A stretch of 62,367 nt of DNA from Gonapodya sp. JEL0774 (GCA_027604505.1 JADIIX010000136.1:1-62367), one strand, 5' to 3'. Shown: positions 1-12,270, counted from the first letter of the stretch. Numbers and translations: made by a program. The notes: a model not told the origin generated them from the letters alone.

Positions 1-589
1 TCGGGGCCGGCGCCGCCGCGCCGCGCGGGGCCCGCCCGTCCCCGGGCTGAAATGCAGTGGTACGGAGTGTGTGAGAGGAAGTCCGCCATCACTAGTGAGC
101 ACCCCAACAATCCACAATGCTTTTTTTGGTTGAGAGTGGAAGAGAGTACAAATCCCCGGTGTGGTTCCGCAAGAGAAAAGTTGCGTGGCAGAACCCAGGG
201 AACCCACTGTGCATTTCGTCCACCACCTGGAACTTCCTCTTTCCCTGCGCGGTCTCCCTCGTGGCGCGCAAATATCCCTTCCGCCACTCCTCTGCGAAGT
301 CGTCCCAGTCTATGGATGAAAATTGCGGGTGTGTACGGCCAAACTGCCTGAGTTCCCTACGGACCGTGCCCCTCCAATCGACGACGGTGCCAAAGACATC
401 AAAGAGGAGACTTAGCAGTGCAGGATCATTGCCAGATGGTGGTCATAATGTGAAGTTTTATGACGTAGAATGAGGGCAGGGCGGATGTGATGGGGAAATG
501 AACACGTTTGGTTCCGAAGTCGGATGTTTGTCTTGGCCGTCATCTACTCACGCCTTGACGCCGTTCAGAGAAGCTGGTGGTGCAGACAT
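1..589 (-). CDS. Haloacid dehalogenase type II (HAD superfamily hydrolase), 3' part runs off the window
   Basis: Manual splice of exon 589-552 (MSAPPASLNGVKA, donor GTGAGT) to an exon starting at 410 gives ALLFDVFGTVVDWRGTV...DWDDFAEEWRKGY, which is the HAD motif I and cap of type II dehalogenases. The ORF track does not capture it. Confidence 0.8.
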
Positions 590-1265
590 GGATTGGAAGG
601 AGTAATCGAGGGTCTGTGATTGATACCGCGTTCTGACGTTCTATTTACTCTCAGTTTTGTTGTTTGGGTGACTGTACAGACAGAGTTTGCTCCTCGGCAG
701 CCCCATGACCCCCTCCTTCACCACTCCCCGCACTGAACAAACTATTAGAGCTCGCATGGCATCATCGACCAAGCGATCAGCGAATGGTCACGCACATTTT
801 TGTTCGATACAATAAGCCATTTCTTGGAGTTGGGAACGGACTGGATCCCTCGTTGAATCTGAGGTGATCAATCCCAGCGGAGGGAAACACGCCTTGGCGA
901 CATGGCCAAACGGACGGACAACACAGCATACAAAATAAAGAGAGAAACTAGTTGGCAGCACGAGGCAGAAAATGGAATAAACAAATCTTTGATGCATTGG
1001 ATCCAGCTGATGGTGTAAACCGAATGTGCTTGAAGTGTGACTCAGGGAGGGCAAATCGATCCCACTTCCCTTACAGCGAAACCACCATGACTCAAACTCA
1101 ACTCGTTCAAATCTCGCGAACCCAAACGCCAAAAACCCACAAAGACTTGAAACCATTTTAACTCAGAACCAAATCCAGCAATTCCCACTGAACCGCTGAT
1201 CATCTTAACCTGTGTCGCTGTTCCAGCCAACTCCTTCTCCGCACTTTGTACTCCCGCCCTCCACC

Positions 1266-2776
1266 ATGTGCGTCTCCCTGCCGCCTGCCGGTCCGCCTGT
1301 TCTCCAGCAAACATCCCCACTCGACTCCGCCTCCCCATCGCCTGTCTTCTCCGCCGTCGTCGAGTCGTTCCACAAGAGGAGCAAGAAGGCTCCTCCTCCC
1401 CTCTCCTCCCGCCCTCGGCCTCCTCATCCACTTCCGTCCCCAGCCTCATCTTCCTCCTCCGCCTGCTCTGCCGTGGAATGCCGAGCACAACCACTACCAA
1501 TTGTAGTCGCATTCGCACCTCCTAGCCCGTGCTCGCCGGGCCCCACAAAACTCGGTCGGGTGGTGGTGGTGAATAATCCTGTGGTGAATAATCCTGTGGT
1601 GGTGCACCACCACACACCGACCGATACCTCACCCACCACGACGCCGCTCGGTCAAGCCAAGAAACTGCTTGGGCTCGTAGGCGAGTGTTCGCTCCTTTTA
1701 CTGCACGACAAAAATGCTGCATTCTTGACCTGTATTCACCATTGTATGAAATTTATGTACGCCCCTCCACACACCTCTGGTCCAACACTACCACAGATTT
1801 AGGCTCCCTCCTCCTTCGCCACCTCTTCCCCACCACCCAGTTCCCTTCCCCGCTCCCTGCACCGTCCCCCGCATCCATCACCTCTTCCAGCACGCCTTCC
1901 CATCGCACACCCTCCCAGACCTCTCTGTGCCCCACCCGCGACTTCATCCTCCACATCCTCTCCCGATCGTCCACGTCCATGCCCGTCTATGTCGTCGCGC
2001 TCATGTACCTCTGCAGACTCCGTGGTGCCACATTGCTCTCCCACGCACCCCACCCACCCACCTCGCCAACCCCCCTCCTCGCGCGCGTCCTCCTCATGTG
2101 CCCCCGCCGCACCTTCCTCGCCGCCCTCATTCTCGCCCACCAGTACACCAGTGACAAACCCCTGGCCGTCCTCGCGTGGGCCCGAGACGTGGCCGGCCTG
2201 CCCTTCCGCGAGGTTTCGGACGCGGTGTGGGCCATGCTGGAGGCCCTGGGATGGGATTTGGGAGTGAGGGTGATCGCCGCGGACGCCGACGCGGGCGGGT
2301 GGGCAGGAGCACCGGGCTCGATGCAGACGATGGGAGGTGCAGTGGCGGACTCGGCGGGCACAAGCGGGCTTTCAGATGGTGGTGACGCGTGCACTGTACC
2401 GCGTTCCTCACCCCATGCTCTCCAAACCGTACCGGCCGTACACGCACCACCACCACCACCACCACCCGCCACGCCACATCCCCCGTTCCACCTCTCCCCG
2501 GCATACACCACCTGGGCCAAATCCATCGCCCTGTGCGGGCAGTTTCTCGCCGGGCGGAACGGTGTCGGAACCGGTGGCGCGACGAGTCTCACGGACGACG
2601 AAGGGAGAGCCATGGCGCGCATGTTGGTGGGCATGGTGTGTGGGGAGCGGGAGCGGAGTGGCGGTGAGGGACACGGCGGTGCACGTGGTGGTGGTGGGGG
2701 CGGTGGTCCCACGCACACGAGCACGCACTCTGGGAAGAGGAAACGGGAGGTAGATGATGTAGAAGGTGGACTGTAG
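1266..2776 (+). CDS. Pho85-type (Pcl1/Pcl5-like) cyclin
   Basis: Cyclin box: RDFILHILSRSSTSMPVYVVALMYLCRLR...CPRRTFLAALILAHQYTSDK...AW...VAGLPFREV...MLEALGWDL. ATG at 1266 in CCACCATG context. Probable intron at about 1681-1796. Confidence 0.75.
1565..1600 (+). repeat. 15-bp in-frame tandem duplication GTGGTGAATAATCCT (VVNNP x2)
   Basis: Directly visible in the N-terminal low-complexity region of the cyclin. Confidence 0.85.
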
Positions 2777-3368
2777 AGTTGTAGAGTATACCTACCCTCA
2801 TCCAACACGGGGTACTGGTTTGTTTCTTCGTCATGTCCCGGTGTGGTATGGGTGGTGACACGTTTCGATTCTTTGCACGTATGTAGTAGTAACTGCGCTC
2901 TGTCGGTAATCTTGTTTGAGCTCCCGATGCACACGGTTTCAAAGTAATATGATCTCATTGAAAGCATGAATAGAGGTCGTGCGAGGGCGTGTTTCTTCAG
3001 GGATGCAAGCGGTACGCGAAGTGAACTATCATACATGCATTGCCGTTCTCATCCATCGCAGCGAGCCAAACTCACCCGAGAGGGAACCGAACAGGACCGA
3101 CCCACAAAAAATAAAAAATAAAAAGAATCGAACCGCAACAAGAAGAAGACAAAAGAAAACATCTTTCAATATGTGCGCTGTATTACGTCCCTCAAGGTGC
3201 ATGCATATACACAATCCGCAATCTCCTGACCGACTCCACCCCCCACGGCACGACGCTCGTCTCGCATCGCCCCCGTGCGCCCGTGTGACTTTTCGCCAAT
3301 CCCCCCCAAAAAAACCATCGTACAACACCAATCATACGACCCGCTCCCACCTCCCCTCTTCTCTCGAT

Positions 3369-4958
3369 CTAGTTCGCCTTCTTCCGGAACGAGCAACCTG
3401 GACCAGCAAACCGGGGGGAGGGGCGGGAGTTGGGCGAGGGGTGTGAAGGGGAAGGGGATGGGAGGAGGAAGAGGGGGGGGAGGCGATGGTCAGTTTCGAT
3501 CGATGTACCGGTGAAGAGTAAAATGACTCGGACGGCGTGGTTGAGTAGATCCAACCAACGACGTAAACCAACCCCCCCCCTCACCCCCCCAAAAAAGTAG
3601 AGCAGCGCAACAAAATAACAGAAAACGGAAAGCAACTCTGAAAAAGAGTGATATCTCCTGTATGGTTTTTCCCAACCGCAATCGCCGCATAGCGACGTCG
3701 AGTTGCCTGGCCGGGGGACCCGAAAGCCCACTGGCCATGCAAAACTCTCCGCGGAAACGACATAGAATATACAGACGCTCCCCGCACCCCCGCCGCACAC
3801 GCGCGCGGTACACACATCCCACAGGATGTGCACATCGGACAGTGGACGGGGGGAACGAGGGCTCGCTCTTCGACGCGACGGCTGGAACCATACACCACAA
3901 AAAAAAGGTGCTTCCGTGGCCGAACGCCCCTCCACCCAGTCGACACCTGGAGGGGTGCGAAAGGGGGCGGGGACCGCGTCGGGGGTAGGACAGGTGTAAA
4001 AGAGTGGAAGGGGGGGGGGGGGGGGGGGGGGGGTCCGTGGGCCAGGGTACGAAACGAAACCCAAACGTGCGTTTATTTTAATTTGTGTTTAAAAATTTNN
4101 NNNNNNNNCACCCCTGCTCCCGGCGACCCGCGCTAGCTCCGCGGAGCGGGTTCGACGGGCGATTGAGCAATCCTCTTCCCTCCGTCGGCTGGGGGGGGCG
4201 GGGGGGGCGGCGGCGCCAGTGTCCAGGGTACGAATCGAAACCCAAACGTGCGGAGATTTTTCTTTGTGTTTCAAAAGTTTCCATTGTTCCGAGTTTTCTG
4301 ACGCGCGTTGTTCGAACGCAGGATTTTAAGACTGGAGCAGTGAAACCGACCTTCCATCAAACGAGCCTTTCCACCAGTGGGTTGGCAGAGGACAGTCGAG
4401 CACCCTGCACAGATGACGACGGATTGGGCGTGCGAGAAAACGGTGGTGATGGTGAAGCAACCTGGAGAAGGGTTTGTGTGTGGGACGGGAGTCCAGAGAA
4501 GCGGTGGAGGAACAGGGGGTCAGGTCAACAAATTGATGTCTTTACGAGGGCACGACCCGAGACACGGTTCCACCATCCACAATCCTGTATCGTCGTGTAC
4601 TTGCTCCACGCTCTGCTTTTCGAAATATCTCGGGGGGTTCCAGCCCCTTCATCACCTTTCCAGAACTCCGAATCACGTCCAAAACTCACCGGGGCACTTC
4701 ACGTCCATGAAGTACGAGTTGGGGCTCTGTACCAGCCTCTTGAGTTTGTGCTTTCGGCGCTCGGCCTCAACGCTGGGGTTCAGAAGGTCGACGGCGAGCT
4801 GGAGGAATGTGGGGGAAAGAGAAGGGGCGAGTGGGTGGGAGAGAGAACAAGAGGGTCAACAGGCCACTCCACCACTCCATCCAGCAACTCCAATCCGCCG
4901 TTCTGCCCAGCATCTTGAGCGCCTTCGCGTGCGGTCTGCTTGTTGTACTCACAGGCAT
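3369..4958 (-). CDS. RPS27: 40S ribosomal protein S27 (eS27), 4 exons: 4958-4953, 4798-4690, 4461-4351, 3397-3369
   Basis: Spliced product [84 protein letters not shown]. All junctions are GT-AG and in phase. Confidence 0.97.
3658..3774 (-). ncRNA. Candidate structured RNA element (three-way junction with UUCG hairpin) in RPS27 intron 3
   Basis: Stems paired by eye on the sense strand: UGGCC/GGCCA enclosing GGGCU-UUCG-GGUCC, GUCGCU/GGCGAU, CCGCGG/UUGCGG, UUUCC/GGAAA and UAUG/CAUA. Several G-U pairs work only on the minus strand. Confidence 0.45.
4099..4108. other. Assembly gap (10 N)
   Basis: Run of N in the sequence. Confidence 0.99.
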
Positions 4959-6168
4959 CCTTTGACTTTGTCGTCAGCTGCCGACACAAAATGGGGGAAC
5001 GCGGCAAGGAAAGGCGGGCAAAGGTTTAAGCGCAGACAGATGCAGTCAGATGAGTCCGAGTGTCGCAAGTGCGCAGTCTGGTCCACGCACCTGTCCGATG
5101 GATGGATGTCGGTCAACCTTGTCAGCACCACGGGGGTACCACACCTTCCCACACCCCATGACCACAGCCAAACAACCCAGACACACAAACTATATGCCAG
5201 ATGTCCCAAATTTCATATAATTTTTATTCGCAAGATCTTTTAGCAAAAATACTGAAACGTTTGTTTCTTCTTTTTCTATACTCACCCACCCCGCCCCGAT
5301 ATTGGAGAGCTACTCCGTCTCCGTTCTATGCACCCGACGCTCCAAAGGTCACGGTTGCAATGAGCGGAAGAAGCATATAATAGTTTTTTTTTTGAGGCTT
5401 GGGGGAACAAAAGGGAAAAGCGTGTCCCTGCTCTCTCCACCTGCTGAGAGTGCAAGGCCGTGTGGACATGAACCTGCCAGGCCACTCACTGCTCCTCTTC
5501 TCACACCACCACTCTTTGCAACAGTTGAAACTCTGCGTAAAATGTTCTAGACTGCATCTATACGTATGTGTGTATTCATTTCCATTGCGTTTCAACCGCC
5601 GCCACCATAAATATTACTGTATTGGTGACCCGAAATAAAAATGATTGTTATTACTCTAGTAAATATTCCCCCATCCGATTTTGAAAAGAAAAAAATATCT
5701 AGGTTTCAAAGTGCCAGTGCTGGTGCCAGTACCAGTGCGAGTGCGAGTGCGCTTGCCCGTGTGGTTGACGCCTACTACGCACCCACAGATCCCCGCGGCT
5801 TGGGTGCAGGCACAACGCGTCGCATGCCTGGTGCCGGTGCGTACTCTGGACTGAACCCCGATCGAAGTGGGCTGCCTGCAGTCGGTGGAAGAGACGGTGG
5901 AGGTCCCCGTGTGGAGCTTGGGAGACTGCCCACACGACAAGAGTGGCGAGGCGACGCCCGTGTGTTGTGTGTCGCGTGTTCCGTGTTCCGTGTGATGCAT
6001 GTTGCGTGAGTGTGCCACCACCCACCACCATTGTTGGAGTTGTACGTAGGATAGAGTGCACGGAGAACAAAAGAAAAACGAAATAGCAAAATCGCGTCAG
6101 TTCAATCGATCCATTCCACCACGCAGACAGTTATACCACCCCCGCCCCCCGAGCAACCACCACATCAC

Positions 6169-9100
6169 TTACACAGTGGGCGCCTCCCTCTCCGGACTCG
6201 TTATAACCGGATAGTTGGAGTTCTGATCGAACCTCGCTGTCGTCCACTCGCCCCCCTGGATCATCACCTCCATCGACTTCCTATTCTCAAACGAAAACGA
6301 CTTGCGCCACGGGTTGCTCGCGTCCCCCTTATGCTCCCTCTCCCTCGCACCCGTTCGCTCCTTGTCGGCCCCCTGCTGTTGTTGGTGCGGCGCGTCCCTC
6401 CGTGGACTCGGAGACCGCCCGCTCCGTCCACCCCAGTTGGACGGCTTCAACCACGACGTGATGTTCTCCATACTGATGGCCTTGCGGAGCTGAGGTCGTT
6501 CCCCTTCGCCCGATTTCCTCCCCTCCGCGTCCGCGGCTCCGAACGAGTTCTGCAACGGGCTCGAGGGAACCCGGAGCGTCGCGTTTGCTCGAGGAGAACC
6601 GGGCGGTTGAGCAGGTCGACTGGGTTCTGGGTTGGTCCGACGACCCCAATCTCCGGGTGGCTGCAACGAGGCCGTCGAAGGGGTCCTCGAGTCTGCCGCC
6701 GCCGCAATCATGGGCGGCGAGGCTGGTTCCTGCGGTTGTCCGCCTCCTCTCCCCCACCGTGCGTCCGAATCCCTCGATACGGACCGTCGCATGAATCCAG
6801 ACCGGCCATCCATGGACGACCGTGACTGCCGATCTGACGGGGGTTCCATTGACACACCCCGCTGGCGAACTCGGATCTCAATCACCTCCTCGTTCGTGGG
6901 CGGCGCGGCGAGGGTGTCGAACGAAGTGGGGCTGAGAGACGGCGATGTGGGTGAAGAGAGCGAGGCGGGAGGTGTCGGAGCCGAACTCAAATGGTGTCGA
7001 TCGGCCAAGGGGGCTGAGGGGGAGTTCACCATCCCTGATCGACCGCGTTCGCGGGGATGGCTTTGGTTTTGCACGGGTCTGTTCAGGGACGACGTCGGTC
7101 CTACGGATTCAGGAGAGAACGAGTTTCGATTGTTGGAGTTGGGGGTGGGGTATCCGTCTCGTGCCAAAGACTGCAACCCATTCGGTTCAGATGCGAACGA
7201 GCTGCGCTTCAACGAGTTCTGCGCCTCGTATGAACGGAGGAAAGCAGGAGACGGCGTGAGCGCAGGAGGGCCCGCTGGCGGATTTGTAGACGACATGTGT
7301 GGCGCCATGGACGGCAGGAGCGTGGGACTGACGGGTGGAGGCGACGTCGGTGTGGGGATCGAGTAATTCACATGACCATCGGGGCTCCATGTCATCGAGT
7401 TTCGGATGTTCGGTGATCGTGTCGGTGAGGTCACGTTCTGATGTACCCGGCCCGGAGAGCGAGACCTGTCACGATCTCGATCGCGTGGGGTTGGAACCAA
7501 CTGTGGGTGATCGCCGTACGCTCCATAGACAGTGCCGCCATTGTACTCGGGTCCTGTCTCTTTTGCATAGGGATTGTCTGCCATTCCAAGCGGCGACTTC
7601 ACGGATGAAGGTGGGGACGGTGCAAAGTCTATGTCCTGTCGCTGAAGACGACCGTGGTTTGCCAGGCCACTCAAGATGGGAGAGCCGGGGTCCAAGGACA
7701 TGGGTCGGGGTGATCCCGGACTTCGGATTCCCCGGGAAGCTGCGTGAGTGATTGCGTCCATTCTCTCACGTGCTTGAACAACCAGATTCTCTGCACCCCT
7801 CAGCTGCTTGGGTGCCTCTGCATCAATGGAGCTCAAGAGGAAATCTCTAATCTGGCGCCATTCTGGAGTCTCAAGATCAGCCCAGTCGAATCCATAGCGT
7901 TGGCCATCCACTATCATCAACAACGAGCCACAGTTATTGATGCAAAACTGCAAGAGGAACTCAGTGAATCCAAAACGTACCTTCACAGATCAGTTGGGAC
8001 CGGAACATGGAGAGCGCGTCCAGGACGCAGGATGCAACCTTTCGCTTTCGCTGCCGGAGACGTTCGGCATCCGCCTTCGACCGTTCTTCTCTACGGAACA
8101 ACGACCATCCTTGTGAAGGTGCGTCTGGCGACCAGTGTTCGACGCCTCGAGACCGCAGTGCGTCATAAACAGCTCTCAGTATCGCGTTATAGATTTGAAG
8201 AATGAGAGGATTTGGTGGAACGCGTGCTTGCTCTGGGGTCTCAGTATGATCGTTGGGAAGCACAGTGCCATTTTGGATGCGATCCAAATTCTCCAACTTC
8301 CGAGCCCTCCACCGTTTGAACTTTGCAGGCAGTTCCCCAGATCCCATCCTTTGAGCCGCCCACTCTCCAACCTCAGGTGCCAACCAGACATTAAGTAGTC
8401 CGAATGTCTCTTCCAGGTAAGCAGCTATTGGGAACACTGAAGACTCCAATGTAACCATCGCAGAGGGATCCTGGCCGGTAAACGTTTCAACCGACTTCTG
8501 CAGGGACACTCGCACAAATCTCGCGACGTGCTCTTTCACAGCTTCCACGGCGTCCGCCAAGCCCCTTTCCACATCAGATCGTGCGCGCCCCAGCCAGAAC
8601 TCGAGATTGTCCACCACTTTGGAGTCCTGTTCGGCACCGTTCTTCCAAATTCGCACAATTATCCGGCTTTGTCTCTCTTTATCGAACACTACTTCGCACT
8701 CTTGACCCGCGTAGTCTCCCAGGTTGGAGAGGCGAAATGTCAATGCAGATCCGGTTGCGCTTTGGGCTGACGAGAGTGCAGCTTCTTCAGTAAATGGGAG
8801 GAAAATGCTGAACTTGCCCATACGCTCTTCGGCTCCGCTGGGTTGCGGTTTCCTCCTCACTTCCAACTCCAGCATCGTAAAAGGCCGAGAGTCTTCCGAA
8901 GTCGTCAAGGTAATGAGCTCGTTCCAATTTGGGTCACCAGTAGCCGAGACGACAGAGTTGCTCCGGGTGACAGGTTGTGGTGGAGCAGCAGGCTTGCCAG
9001 CAGCACTAGCGCCTCGATGCAGACTCGGGCGTCGTCCCGCCTCCCCTACACTCTGAACAATAATGGAATATTCGAAGAGACCGTTGTGGCTTGTGCTAGC

Positions 9101-12027
9101 ACCCAACGATCGTCCTTTAACTAACAAGATGGAGTAAGTGGCGGCAGCTGGCGGGTTTGGCGGGATTGGGCCTTGTCTCTCCGCAAGCACGCTGGAATAG
9201 TATGGTGCGTTCATGATCGCCTCAATCTCTGTCAGCCGGCGCAATGAATCGTGTAGGTTGTTCAGCCGAACGTAATACTATCGCAGCAAGTATTTAGCCA
9301 GCGGGTTTCCCGAAATCAAGACACCTGTCACTCACATCCTGGGTCCAAACAATTTGAGTTTTGGAGGTGATACTTTCCCTTCTGTTTACCAGTGTCCAGA
9401 ACGAGGCCGTCAGCCGCTTGTATTTCAAAGGGGTACTTGTTAGTTCGAATAGCGGAACGGTGCAACTTCACGAATTCGCGACTTATCCCTCCCTCCCTTG
9501 TGCCCCTATTCCCCCACCAAAAATAGACACTCCCACCGGCTGTTCCGTGACCAGCAGAGCAAACACAAAAAAAATTGGAGACTAACCTCGACATACAAAT
9601 CAAGCGCCTTTTGCATGACTCTTGCGATCCTTGCTAGAAACTTTGCCTTCGGTACTTGATTCTCCCAATCCAACGCTTCAATAAATTCAAGGGTCTGATG
9701 GAAAGAGTTGAATATTTCATCCAAAGAGCTCGAGTACATGGAGGAGGGTGGGGCCACAGTTCGGAACTGATGAAAAGAAGAACCGTGGAACTAAGAATGT
9801 TGCGACCCCGCGACGATTTTGCCTGAAGGCATTTTACGCACCTCATCCGTCGCTAAAGCAGCATAAACCCACTGCGCAGTTCGGTTTTCAGCAACGTCGA
9901 GCCACTTGACTACGTATGGAGCGAACCATCCGTCCAAGTCGAGAGAACTGGACTCTTCCCCGTTTGATATCTGCGACTTAAGAGTGTGTATGGTCCGATA
10001 AAGCTCGAGTAAATCGGAGATGGGAAAACTAGCACCAGTGGCCTGTGACTGCACGTTGGAAAGGTCAAATGCCAACCGTTTGACAAAGAGCCGGTCCCAA
10101 GCGAGTTGCTCGACGCTTATTAAGCTAATTATAGCAGAGGAAAAGCAAAAATACTCAAAAAGGGTCAAACTGGTTGGCTGCACGTCCCGCTTACCCATCA
10201 AGTAACTCTGGAACTCCAACCATATACGCTTGAAGTTCGTGCCTCACGGCTTTGACCATTCGCAACATCCTCGTGAGCTCCGACTCCCCACTCTCAATAG
10301 GTTTCGATGACTCCTCTAATATTCTGCTGAACCGAGAGTGGATTACCTCCAGAATAAGATGCTGTACCCTTTGGACCGCCCCGTCGAGATCCTCGCCAAG
10401 TCCAGCAGATATCTCCTGAGCAAACCTCTCTAGGTCCAAATCCGCCGTCCGCGCGGCATTCCACGTCACCCACGTTTCGTCACCATATATCCACAGGAGG
10501 GCGTTCGCGCACATATCGATTGCCTGCCTCCCGCTTTCATCTGGGTAGTCAGCAGCCGTTTCAAAGAGCGACGATAGGCTTCTTCTCAGAGGGACTTCCG
10601 CAGTTCGAAGAACATGTATGTAGATACCAAGTTCTGTCCACGAAAGGTCTGCACGTCTGCTCTCCACCTCTGGCACTATCCGTTGCAGCGAGGCGCACAC
10701 GTCCGTGAGATCTATCCCCATGCCTGGGACACCGAGAAGACGTACGACGTTCTCAGCATGACAAAGTTCACGGTAGAGTGGAGGTATGAACCAGCGGTCG
10801 GCACACTCGTCCAACAGAGTACGGGTTAACGTTGAAAGGCTGGGTGACCCTCGAGCCTGTACGTCGTGATCGATGCAAAGACGAAACAGGACGCGGAAGT
10901 AAGAGAATGGGTCCACGGGTATAAACAGAGATGGACGGTTGGGAGGTGGCTAGAGATGTTGACAAAGTTGATGCAGTGAGAAGAACTGCGATAAGCCGTG
11001 GATGGCAGAGCTCACCGTCGCTGTACTCATGTCCGGCCATCGATGAGCGCAAGCCGCCAAAACTTGTTGTGCTTTGTCTCGGGAGCTCCTCAGAAATGCT
11101 CGCCATCCCTCAACTGTCAAAAAGTCCTTTTCAGTGAAACCTACTACCTTGCCGGCTTCATATTGGTCAAGTGACGTCCGAAAGTCCGAAAGTGCGTACT
11201 AAAAACAGTTTGGTTTCGCGTAAGAGCAAGCGATTGTGTATCCTCACAGTCTGTCAACCTACTCGAGTGCTCTTTCCCCGCAAAACTTCATTCAAAGCCT
11301 TTCCATGAGCCCGCTCATTTGCCCTAAATACCGACTTTGCCCAGTTTGCGAGTGTCAAATCCTCCAACTCTTCCCTGTCACCTACGTTCGCAAGAAGTTT
11401 GCGAATTACGGGTTTGAAATTTCGCAATTCGGGTGTGGATGCCAGCTCGCTATGAGGGCGTGTCTTATCAATTGCATCTCGCAAGAGCGAGACATATATG
11501 TCCATCACGCCGACAAGAAGTAAGTCGTGGGTGGTGTTGTCAGGATTCAACCTTCGGACCTGAAGGTCGACCTGCGACCCGACGATCATCAATAGACTTT
11601 GAAGGTTGTTTAGAACTCCAGCGCTAACCGCGGAAGTTGTTAGGACTCCGTTGAGGAGAGATTTGGCGGATCTCACAAAGACCTGTAGGTGAGAGGTGGT
11701 TCCCCGGATGTCCGCGAGCAACGTATAACGTTCGGTTGTCTGGCGCATGAACGCTGTGAGAACATCTTGCGGAATCATTATTGGTGGTGGTTCCGGAGCT
11801 GAGGACCCAGTGCAAATGGGAAGCAATGTGCACTTCAGCACGAACGAGTAAAGCTCCATCACTTTTACTTGACGCGCATGAGCTGTCATATGATTTCTCG
11901 TCCGTGCAAGTTTATGGGCGACTCTCAAGAGTTCTTGGAGCTCCTCGCGAGATGCACCGGGTACAACCTCGGATCCCATATCTTGCTGATTGGAGCCAGT
12001 TGTGGGGGAAAATGCCATCTCGCCCAA
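6169..12027 (-). CDS. Munc13-homology (MUN/MHD1-C2-MHD2) protein, YOR296W-like, with long Pro/Ser-rich C-terminal tail; multi-exon
   Basis: MHD1-like DGWFAPYVVKWLD...WV..A...HS...FHQTLEFIEALDW, a C2-like segment YSILLVKGRSL...DPNWNE, and MHD2-like PIAAYLEETFGLLNVWL. Consecutive minus-strand ORFs can be joined by GT-AG introns. The start is approximate. Confidence 0.75.
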
Positions 12028-12270
12028 AAGAGACGCCAGCTGCAGTCGGAGGTTTTCCTGTCCCTCGATTCTCCTTCGTCTGAGCCTCGGCCGGCTTTTG
12101 CAAGTGAACCCTGGGATGCCAGAAGTTTAGTTGTTTCGAGAGAATGTGCCTGCAAGAGAGGGCCCGTCGTCACATTGAACGAGAGGCGCAACATGAAAAC
12201 AAATATATTAGAAATCTTCACTTTGCTATTGTGTACGCAAACTTGATACTAAAAGAATATTCTTCGCATA

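Noticed and set aside
1042..3036. Many long overlapping antisense and alternative-frame ORFs (e.g. 1987-3036 minus)
   Set aside because: Expected shadows of GC-rich coding sequence that has few stop codons; no recognisable motifs.
4035..4280. Apparent direct repeat (CCAGGGTACGAA.CGAAACCCAAACGTGCG...TTTGTGTTT) on both sides of the N gap
   Set aside because: Both copies follow a poly-G tract and the left copy degrades right before the Ns. This is most likely an unmerged low-quality contig overlap, not a real duplication.
4085..5243. Plus-strand ORFs of 277 and 288 aa
   Set aside because: They are antisense to the confidently reconstructed RPS27 gene and have no protein-like features.
5641..6089. 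Short ORFs and GTGCGA/GTGCCA microrepeats between RPS27 and the MUN gene
   Set aside because: Low-complexity sequence with no coherent exon structure or motif.
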